From a virus (taxonomy: Duplodnaviria; Caudoviricetes): DNA of 60,044 bases. Position 1 is the first letter of the stretch; every line of letters begins with the position of its first letter. The stretch is from IMG/VR virus record IMGVR_UViG_3300044675_001003, positions 1 to 60,044 of that record; one strand, given 5' to 3'. The notes under the pieces are model-generated. The model had not been told where the DNA came from. It was given only the letters and a program-made list of their open reading frames with translations, and did not search any database. Below are positions 20,945 through 27,101 of the stretch, piece after piece. Both the position numbers and the translations under genes were made by a program.

Positions 20945-21134
20945 TTTGTAACTCCAAGTATTTGATGACGCCTACAGACATGGTCAGCTGCTCTTCCAGC
21001 TTGCCAACCTGTTCCTCAAAGTTGTCAATGATTGCGCGAAACTTAGCCTCATCTTCAATGCATGAATTAAGTGCGTTATTCAGGCTGTTGCAAACCTTCT
21101 CCCAGTCCTGAATGGTTTTTGGTTTCTTAGTCAT
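20901..21134 (-). CDS. Small coiled-coil protein
   Basis: MTKKPKTIQDWEKVC...; start reassigned to overlap the upstream stop. Confidence 0.5.
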   Translation of the reverse strand: MTKKPKTIQDWEKVCNSLNNALNSCIEDEAKFRAIIDNFEEQVGKLEEQLTMSVGVIKYLELQIARSNTVRSDKNRA

Positions 21135-21390
21135 CCCATGGATCCTTCGCGCTAGAGGCCGCTGGGGCTTCCTTCTTAAAGGTATCAAGCTTGAGGGTAA
21201 TCTTGCGTTTGCCGTCTGTATGCTTACCCAGCCAAGCGCCAAGCTTAATAACAATGTGATCTGTGTCTGCGTTTTCAAGCATATCCCGAACTAAGTCGAG
21301 CTCAAGCTTGATGTCGCCTTTCATGTCTGGTTGTGTGTCTGTCTTCTTGTAGTCGTTAGTCCACAAAGTACCGCGATTTGGATAGTCCAT
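21127..21390 (-). CDS. DUF736-like putative ssDNA-binding protein
   Basis: GTLWTN.YKK....PDMKG...GAW, acidic tail KDPWDD; follows ERF. Confidence 0.55.
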   Translation of the reverse strand: MDYPNRGTLWTNDYKKTDTQPDMKGDIKLELDLVRDMLENADTDHIVIKLGAWLGKHTDGKRKITLKLDTFKKEAPAASSAKDPWDD

Positions 21391-21400
21391 TAGTTACTCC

Positions 21401-22108
21401 TTAAAAAAATGATTTCTTAGCTGCTGAAAAGTTGTCAATGACGTCTGCATAAACAGATGGATTCAAAGCCTTAAGCTTGTCGTACATAGGCTTGTTCACT
21501 TGGAACATCTGTTTGAGCTGCTCGGCACTGGTGGCCATGCTGACCTTTAAGCTGTTGGCTGCAACCATCATGTCAACCCATGCTTCTGAACTTTCAGGGG
21601 CGTCAATGATGATCGTCCAAGCATCTGGTTCAACGTGCTGGGGTGGAATAGGGTCTGGGCGCTGTTTAACGGGCTTTTGGGCGGGTTTTGCAGCTGGCGC
21701 AGGGGTTTGTGTGGCCACAGGCTTTGGAGCTTCTACAGGAGGCGCGGAATCTACTGCATCCCCTTCCACAAGCTCCATGGCTGCCATCCATAAATAACGG
21801 CGTTGGTAGCTCAAAGTGGCGCCCAAATTTTGGATGGGGTGTGCACCTTTGAGGTTGGCCTCGGCCATTGGGCTGGTGATCACAATGACTGTGCCGTCAT
21901 CTACATCGGTGATGCACAGCTGGGCATACTCGGTGTTAAACGTCACGACACCGCACAGGCCAAGGTCGTTGAAGATGGTCTGAACATGGGGAATGAAGTC
22001 ACCCAGCTCGAAGTATGAGTAGCCTGCGAATTTATTCTGGCCAGACTTCTTCATGTCTACCGACAGAAGCTTGACCCTCGCTTGCATAAGTTTCTTATGA
22101 ACTGACAT
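21401..22108 (-). CDS. erf: ERF-family ssDNA annealing protein
   Basis: KKSGQNKFAGYSYFELGD...IQNLGATLSYQRRYLW...GDAVD. Confidence 0.85.
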   Translation of the reverse strand: MSVHKKLMQARVKLLSVDMKKSGQNKFAGYSYFELGDFIPHVQTIFNDLGLCGVVTFNTEYAQLCITDVDDGTVIVITSPMAEANLKGAHPIQNLGATLSYQRRYLWMAAMELVEGDAVDSAPPVEAPKPVATQTPAPAAKPAQKPVKQRPDPIPPQHVEPDAWTIIIDAPESSEAWVDMMVAANSLKVSMATSAEQLKQMFQVNKPMYDKLKALNPSVYADVIDNFSAAKKSFF

Positions 22109-22988
22109 TGTTTTCCTTTGTTGATAAATACTCTTTGTATTGGTTACAAAACCTACTGACAGAGCAAAACTCAGCGCATCGCGTTCTCTCTCCCTGCCTG
22201 ACTATGATTTCGTAATCCTTTCCATACTCGGCCACCTTGGCTTGAGCTTCCTCATCGGTATTGCAAACGTTTCTTGCTTTGACATTACCAATCTTTTTCA
22301 CTGCGTATGTTGTAGGCTTCTCCCAAGTCTGGTCGGGCGTACAAAACGGCAGCTCATCCCCTGTCTCCAAGTCAAATAATGCGTTGGAGTGTTCTTTGAT
22401 TCGTTCCTGAATGAATGTTTCGCGCTCTTCCATCGGCCATAAGCGAATGGGGATCACTTTGATCGGTGCGTCAGGGTAGTTGGCCTTCATGGCTGCATCA
22501 CGGCGTGACCAGTCTCTGATGATAGCTACGATCTCAAGCTTGGAAACCTTGGTCTGCTTAACTTTCTCCACAAGCCAAGCGTAGATGTTGAGCTGGTATT
22601 CCCAATCAATCTTCTCATTCATCACAGACCATGCGCCTGTGGTCTTGTAGTCATTGATTGTTAGAGTGCCGTCTTCATTGACGATCTGCAGATCAATAGC
22701 TCCAGAGATAGACCAGCCGTCAATCTTTGTGTGGAGGCGCTCTTCAATCAGGTGGTTCTCATCGGCACCATGCTCAAGAACGCCGTGAATAGCCGTCCCA
22801 AAGATAGACCAGACCATCTCTGTAACGTCAGTCTCGATCTTGTCTTCGTGTAGTTTACGCAGCTGGACAATGCGCGGTGAGTTAATTAACTCTGTTGCAG
22901 AGATGTTGGCCTTACCCTTGGAGTAGGTAGGCCGCTTCATGATATTCACGAAGGTCTGAGGTAGGTTGTATTTGTTTGTGATAATCAT
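22095..22988 (-). CDS. PD-(D/E)XK recombination exonuclease (Cas4-like C-terminal Cys cluster)
   Basis: GTAIHGVLE, ISGAIDL, DYKTT, QLNIYAWL, RCAEFCSVSRFC. Confidence 0.85.
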   Translation of the reverse strand: MIITNKYNLPQTFVNIMKRPTYSKGKANISATELINSPRIVQLRKLHEDKIETDVTEMVWSIFGTAIHGVLEHGADENHLIEERLHTKIDGWSISGAIDLQIVNEDGTLTINDYKTTGAWSVMNEKIDWEYQLNIYAWLVEKVKQTKVSKLEIVAIIRDWSRRDAAMKANYPDAPIKVIPIRLWPMEERETFIQERIKEHSNALFDLETGDELPFCTPDQTWEKPTTYAVKKIGNVKARNVCNTDEEAQAKVAEYGKDYEIIVRQGERTRCAEFCSVSRFCNQYKEYLSTKENNVSS

Positions 22989-23470
22989 GGCCGGCTCCTA
23001 TCTGCAATTTGTTGTAGCTCGCGTTTCTCAATGGTTAGCATTCCAGCCAGCTTTGAGATCTTTGCTTGGGCATCAGCATTCTTTTTGCGGCCTTCGTCAG
23101 TCAGCAGCTCGGTCTTGGTAAAGCTCACGCCCATGGCCATGCGCTTCATCTCTCGGCCAATAGCCTTTACCCCAACATCAACTGCGTGTTGGGTTTGGGA
23201 TTCGGGCTCAATGATGATGTAGTTGCCGGCGTGATCGCTGACCATCAACATACAGTGTGCTGTAAGCAGAATGTCTTTGATCTCTGTGATGCAGCGCAGC
23301 ACCTCAAGGTCATACCGGCGTACATCGTTAATGTCCACTGGCTTTGGAACCTCGCACAATTCAGAAATGTAACTGCGCTTAAGTACGCTGCCGTATGTCA
23401 GGCCGCTGTCCAACAGGGTTCTGACCGCTTGCTTCCAAGCTGGGAATAGTTTTGGGTTTTCGTCACTCAT
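22985..23470 (-). CDS. Accessory protein of the RAMP/pentamer-array locus (predicted winged helix + coiled coil)
   Basis: ATGA-coupled to the RAMP-like gene; YGSVL...L..IKDILL...GNYIIIEP pattern followed by a helical C-terminus. Confidence 0.55.
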   Translation of the reverse strand: MSDENPKLFPAWKQAVRTLLDSGLTYGSVLKRSYISELCEVPKPVDINDVRRYDLEVLRCITEIKDILLTAHCMLMVSDHAGNYIIIEPESQTQHAVDVGVKAIGREMKRMAMGVSFTKTELLTDEGRKKNADAQAKISKLAGMLTIEKRELQQIADRSRP

Positions 23471-24036
23471 GCGAACTCCACATTAAAACGTCCAAAACGT
23501 GGGCGGTAGTCACCCAAACCAATCAAGGCGCCAGCATCAACCAAAGCCTTTTTAACTTCGTTAACATTGACTACATCCTCATTCACCATCACAGTGGCAG
23601 AGAGTGACCAGTTGCGAAAGATGGGGCGGTATCGCATGATCTTGGCCATGCCAACCTTAACGCCACGGGCATCCACATTCTTTGGGTTTTCCCAAAGTTT
23701 CTCTGGAGTTGTGTTCTTAAACCCGTCAAGAGGAAGCTCGTCTTCCAAGACCTGGACGCCTTGCTTAAACTTAACACCCAGCTTCTGGAGCTTGGCTGCA
23801 GCAATCAAGCATGAGTCAAGGTTCTGTGCTGGGATAAAGAATCCAGTGTCTTCGTTCCAGTAGCAGCCGCCAATGAATTCACTCTTGGCAATGGCAATAA
23901 AGTCATCGTCAGTTTTCTTGCGTTTGCCAGTCATCTCTTTATGAGCCTTGGCCAGCGGGTCTAGCGGGTTTGCAAAACGATCAGAGTGCATGAGTAAAGC
24001 AGCTGATCCCGTGATTTTTACAGATATGGATTTCAT
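23467..24036 (-). CDS. RAMP/Cas7-like RNA-binding protein (Vipr-like)
   Basis: N-terminal strand ISVKITGSAALLMH, IPAQNLDSCL helix (RAMP IP-x-S-like), thumb D.R.V.V...IMRYRPIF, C-terminal Gly-rich loop GALIGLGDYRPRFGRF; AGGA RBS; downstream of the pentamer array. Confidence 0.75.
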   Translation of the reverse strand: MKSISVKITGSAALLMHSDRFANPLDPLAKAHKEMTGKRKKTDDDFIAIAKSEFIGGCYWNEDTGFFIPAQNLDSCLIAAAKLQKLGVKFKQGVQVLEDELPLDGFKNTTPEKLWENPKNVDARGVKVGMAKIMRYRPIFRNWSLSATVMVNEDVVNVNEVKKALVDAGALIGLGDYRPRFGRFNVEFA

Positions 24037-24067
24037 TTTTAGTTCCTAAGTTGGTTGATGCACAGTT

Positions 24068-24540
24068 TGCATCGACCATGAAACTGTTGCCAATTTCATA
24101 GCCGCTACATTAGCCCTTGACTCGCCGAACCATTCCTTACCAAGCCCGTCCCGACCCGGCCATGCCTCGCCTTTCCCGGCCAGACCTCTCCGTACCACTA
24201 ACACTCGAAGTGGTACTGTTACCAATACCCTATCGACTGTTGCCAGTTCCATGCCCGACCCGTCCTTACCTTTCTACGCCGTGCCACGCCGGGCCCAACC
24301 GCCCATGCCAAACACTCGAAGGAACACTCTTTAGAATGTTCTATCGGCTGTTGTCAGCCCCTGCCAATCCCCGCCGTGCGATGCAACACCCAACCAGCGC
24401 CGAACCGTGCCGTACCAGACCATGCGATACCCAAACGAAACACTCGAAGGATGACTGTTACCAATCACCTATCGGCTGTTAAGCTCCTTGTTATGCCTTG
24501 CCCGACCGAGCCTGACCGCTCCGCGCCGAACCAAACCACG
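24068..24540 (-). ncRNA. Array of four GG(T/C/A)-NN pentamer tracts, each followed by a conserved hairpin (candidate guide RNAs)
   Basis: Tracts at 24122-24196 (15 in-phase units), 24246-24309, 24356-24435 and 24493-24537; near-identical 42-nt hairpins at 24200-24241, 24311-24352 and 24439-24480; degenerate fourth hairpin at about 24068-24109. Confidence 0.85.
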
Positions 24541-24578
24541 TTGTATAAATTCAATTGATCAGTTACAATCGGCAACAC

Positions 24579-24608
24579 ATTGTACCCACATACTTTCATG
24601 TCTTGCAA
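24579..24608 (-). promoter_or_regulatory. sigma70-type promoter driving the array and RAMP operon
   Basis: Minus strand TTGCAA-18 nt-TACAAT. Confidence 0.65.
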
Positions 24609-24627
24609 TACCTTTTGAAAGAATTTT

Positions 24628-25089
24628 ATGATTAAGATTGGAATAGATCCTGGCCTGTCTGGCGCCATCGTTGTTTTTAACAATGACATCCCAGTGATAT
24701 GGGAAAGGATGCCCACTATGAAAATAGGTTCGGCCAATCGTGTAAATGCTTCTGCGTTGGCTGCAATTATTTGGCCGTTAGCTTCTTCGGGTAAAGAAGT
24801 CAAGGCGTATGTCGAGCTAGTGAGTAGTATGCCCGGCCAAGGCGTGGCTTCGATGTTCTCATTCGGCCACTCAGCTGGTGTGATCCAAGGTGTGCTCGGT
24901 GCGCATGAAGTCCCTGTAATGATGGTTACCCCTCAATCATGGAAGAAGCGCGCGGGGCTGGTTGGCAAAGACAAGGATGCTTCTAGGACGTTGGCCATCC
25001 GGATGTGGCCGTTCTGGAGGGAGCTTGATAAAAAGGGAGCCGGCCAAGCGTATGCAGATGCAGCATTCATTGCACTTTACGGAGATTGA
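24628..25089 (+). CDS. RuvC-like Holliday junction resolvase
   Basis: IGIDPGLSGAI, YVELVSSMPGQGVASMFSFG, PQSWKK, ADAAFIA. Confidence 0.85.
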   Translation: MIKIGIDPGLSGAIVVFNNDIPVIWERMPTMKIGSANRVNASALAAIIWPLASSGKEVKAYVELVSSMPGQGVASMFSFGHSAGVIQGVLGAHEVPVMMVTPQSWKKRAGLVGKDKDASRTLAIRMWPFWRELDKKGAGQAYADAAFIALYGD

Positions 25090-25097
25090 TGTAGAAT
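25070..25097 (+). promoter_or_regulatory. Putative promoter for the small RNA
   Basis: TTGCAC-16 nt-TAGAAT. Confidence 0.45.
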
Positions 25098-25101
25098 AAA
25101 T

Positions 25102-25173
25102 TCCGGCAAGCAGTTGCCACTCTCCTTTGTTGGGTTTGTCCTTTCCCCCGGGCTAATCACTCGGGGGTTTTTT
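25102..25173 (+). ncRNA. ~70-nt sRNA with anti-SD seed (ACTCTCCTTTGTTGGGTTT) and intrinsic terminator
   Basis: 5' hairpin GGCAA-GCAG-TTGCC; single-stranded CU-rich seed; CCCCCGGG...CTCGGGGG-T6 terminator. Confidence 0.6.
25145..25173 (+). terminator. Rho-independent terminator
   Basis: CCCCCGGG-CTAATCA-CTCGGGGG-TTTTTT. Confidence 0.8.
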
Positions 25174-25174
25174 C

Positions 25175-25193
25175 ATATTAACAGTGTTAATAT
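25175..25193. promoter_or_regulatory. Palindrome ATATTAACAGTGTTAATAT (copy 2)
   Basis: Perfect 19-bp inverted repeat. Confidence 0.65.
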
Positions 25194-25301
25194 CAACACG
25201 CATGGGTATTGAGGCACAGGCCCGTTGATTATATTCAGCGAATGCCGGTCAGATTAAGAGCGTGGACGCCTGCTCTCTGGCTACAGTACCCAGCCGTGTT
25301 G
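25194..25301 (+). ncRNA. Putative multi-stem structured RNA
   Basis: Closing stems CAACACG/CGTGTTG and TGGGTATTG/CAGTACCCA enclose two internal hairpins. Confidence 0.45.
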
Positions 25302-25376
25302 GTGGTAAGCGGGTTAGCGCCGCTTGTTTTTCCTTTTTCGGTTTTTACACAAACACTGCTTCATGTGCCCACCAAC
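25298..25376 (+). ncRNA. Structured RNA motif copy A (GG-GTTAGCG-CC loop ... AACAC-TGCTTCAT-GTG)
   Basis: Closing stem GTTGGTGG/CCACCAAC followed by T8; same loops as copy B. Confidence 0.55.
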
Positions 25377-25393
25377 TTTTTTTTCATAGGGTA

Positions 25394-25422
25394 TTGCACA
25401 ACGCAAATATCTTTGATATAAA
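25394..25422 (+). promoter_or_regulatory. sigma70 promoter with extended -10
   Basis: TTGCAC-17 nt-TATAAA preceded by TGn. Confidence 0.65.
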
Positions 25423-25423
25423 C

Positions 25424-25548
25424 GAGCTGTTACTGTTGCGAGTGACAGCTTGAGGCCACTTATGGCTATATTCCGCCTTACCTAATGCTTTCGTGGGAGA
25501 GATATTAGGCAAGGTCGCAACCGGAATGTAGCCTTAAGTGGCCTTTTC
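25424..25548 (+). ncRNA. Leader hairpin plus long bulged hairpin with complementary GTTGCGA/TCGCAAC elements (C4/CI-like antisense architecture)
   Basis: Loop GTTGCGA at 25435-25441; TCGCAAC bulge at 25515-25521 in the stem 25453-25475/25522-25544; another TCGCAAC at 25643-25649. Confidence 0.5.
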
Positions 25549-25554
25549 TATTTT

Positions 25555-25637
25555 GAGACTGGGACTGTGCGGTGGGTTAGCGCCACTGGACGGTAAATGT
25601 TTTGAAAACACTGCTTAATGTGAGCAGTCCCAGTCTC
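25555..25637 (+). ncRNA. Structured RNA motif copy B
   Basis: 13-bp perfect closing stem GAGACTGGGACTG/CAGTCCCAGTCTC; GGTGG-GTTAGCG-CCACT; AACAC-TGCTTAAT-GTG. Confidence 0.55.
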
Positions 25638-25976
25638 TCCTTTCGCAACGTAGCCGTCAGAGCGCGTTAGCTAATGACCTGTATGGGTTGAACTCAAGAA
25701 ACACAGAACCTCGGCGTGACCCGCGCCTCCTAGTAGAGCAATCGAACGGAATAAACAAGGAAGTCGAAAGACACATACCCTAGTACGCTGGGAGTTGATC
25801 GTTAAGGATGGTGCAAACTGACCTTATCGGGATCTCAGGGGAGGGCGGCTTGGCTGGCCGGTAGCTCACTTAACAACTGGGCAAAGCTCCTTGATAATGA
25901 GACGCTGATCCTTTAGCCTCCCAGTGGGGGAGGGAGGGTCAACGGGTAAGAGGGCTTTTAGGTGGTAACATAACAG

Positions 25977-26006
25977 TTGACTCATCGTTTATTCATGAGT
26001 TATATT
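25977..26006 (+). promoter_or_regulatory. sigma70 promoter with overlapping operator-like inverted repeat
   Basis: TTGACT-18 nt-TATATT; ACTCAT-N9-ATGAGT spans the spacer; AGGAGG RBS downstream. Confidence 0.65.
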
Positions 26007-26025
26007 ATTAACACAGGAGGTAAGT

Positions 26026-26193
26026 ATGGAAAACGAAACAACAAGACGCTATCCACGCACTATGCACGAAGCGTTTAACTGCGATAGTGAACCCATCAGT
26101 GGGCCGTATGGCAAGGAGCCAGTCTGGCCTACGTATGCGATCTTCTTCATTGTGATTGTGGCTGGGATCATTTTGTTCTGGAGCAAAGCATGA
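26026..26193 (+). CDS. Small membrane protein (55 aa)
   Basis: AGGAGG RBS; MENETTRRYPRTMHEAF...; C-terminal TM helix; ATGA overlap with the next gene. Confidence 0.65.
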   Translation: MENETTRRYPRTMHEAFNCDSEPISGPYGKEPVWPTYAIFFIVIVAGIILFWSKA

Positions 26194-26408
26194 AAGCATT
26201 CCCAACACCAGCATTCAGCATCAACGATGAAGCGCGCGTCACAGCTGTAGGCGGTGAAGGCGGTATGGATCTGCGGGATTACTTTGCGGCACAGGCTTTG
26301 CAAGCTCTCATCATTCGAGAGGGTAAAGAGTGCAGCGGGGTTATCAATGAAATTACAACAACCGCATACCAATACGCTGATGACATGATTAAAGAGAGGG
26401 AAGTATGA
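26190..26408 (+). CDS. Small conserved phage protein
   Basis: AFP...GMDLRDYFAAQALQALI...AYQYADDMIKER. Confidence 0.75.
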   Translation: MKAFPTPAFSINDEARVTAVGGEGGMDLRDYFAAQALQALIIREGKECSGVINEITTTAYQYADDMIKEREV

Positions 26409-26572
26409 CTGATGACGATGACATCCAAGACTACGTTCGCCCTTGGGTTGACCTAACGCGTAACGAGATATTAGAACTGCTCAACGGGTTTTACGCAGAA
26501 GGTGGCAGAAGCGAACGTGAGATAGCGTTTGCTAGGGTGATTCAAAGGGCGCTCAAGGAGAAGAACACATGA
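26405..26572 (+). CDS. Small protein (W..LT..EI...LKEKNT family)
   Basis: ATGA overlaps at both ends. Confidence 0.6.
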   Translation: MTDDDDIQDYVRPWVDLTRNEILELLNGFYAEGGRSEREIAFARVIQRALKEKNT

Positions 26573-26805
26573 CCCCTGTATTTGTAATTACTTTTGGCGA
26601 TGTGTTTGGATTGATTGCACTTGCCGTTTTCTTGTTGGTTGTTGGTGTTGTTTATGCAAGACAAGCGTGGAGGCAATCAAGATGCAAGCACGATGGTGGA
26701 GTTAACGAAACTATGGCTTGTGATGCTATCTGCAAACAATGCGACAAGAATCTTGGATCTATTGGCAAGTGGCGTGAAGCCAAGCTCAAGGAGAAGAACA
26801 CATGA
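26569..26805 (+). CDS. Small membrane-anchored Zn-finger-like protein
   Basis: N-terminal TM, CKH...CKQC, ends LKEKNT. Confidence 0.55.
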   Translation: MTPVFVITFGDVFGLIALAVFLLVVGVVYARQAWRQSRCKHDGGVNETMACDAICKQCDKNLGSIGKWREAKLKEKNT

Positions 26806-27101
26806 AGCCCGGACAAGAAGCTTGCCTGCGAATGGCAGAGTACCAATACCGATGCCGCAATCAAGAAATGATGTGGCGCTGGCTGTTTACTTGGGCAGCA
26901 TGGTCTGACAATGTTGACTTTTTCTCAGACCCAAGGGTGCCCGTATTCAAGCCTAGAAAGCCTAAGAAACGCTGGAAGAATCTGACCAATACAGAGACAC
27001 TGGCAATCATCAAACAGCTCCCCAGCTGGCCAACAGATCACTTGAACACGTTTATCTTTAAGGTGTTGGTGGAAGAGAAGTTTAAGGAGAAGAACGCATG
27101 A
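26802..27101 (+). CDS. Hypothetical protein
   Basis: WKNLTNTE...FKEKNA C-terminal module; ATGA coupling. Confidence 0.55.
   Translation: MKPGQEACLRMAEYQYRCRNQEMMWRWLFTWAAWSDNVDFFSDPRVPVFKPRKPKKRWKNLTNTETLAIIKQLPSWPTDHLNTFIFKVLVEEKFKEKNA

Noticed and set aside
22095-22988. Cas4 adaptation nuclease
   Set aside because: Its position beside ERF and the SSB-like gene is the standard phage exonuclease/annealase pair; no Cas1.
24200-24480. Canonical CRISPR array (three 42-nt repeats with spacers)
   Set aside because: The repeats vary internally, the 69-86 nt spacers are themselves GGH-NN periodic, and there is no cas1/cas2. Better explained as a pentamer guide array.
24122-24537. Simple microsatellite or G-quadruplex explanation of the pentamers
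   Set aside because: The NN positions are diverse rather than copied by slippage, and the tracts alternate regularly with conserved hairpins. Two-tier G4 formation cannot be excluded but does not explain the layout.
24046-24803. ORFs 24046..24252, 24117..24482, 24376..24558 and 24465..24803
   Set aside because: Pro/Arg/Gly-rich translations of the 5-nt periodic array, or antisense to RuvC; no convincing RBS.
25307-25326. Pistol ribozyme or tRNA for the GGTTAGCGCC motifs
   Set aside because: They lack the pistol AAAUA linker and 6-bp pseudoknot partner, and have no anticodon arm or TTCRA T-loop. No tRNA was recognised anywhere in the window.
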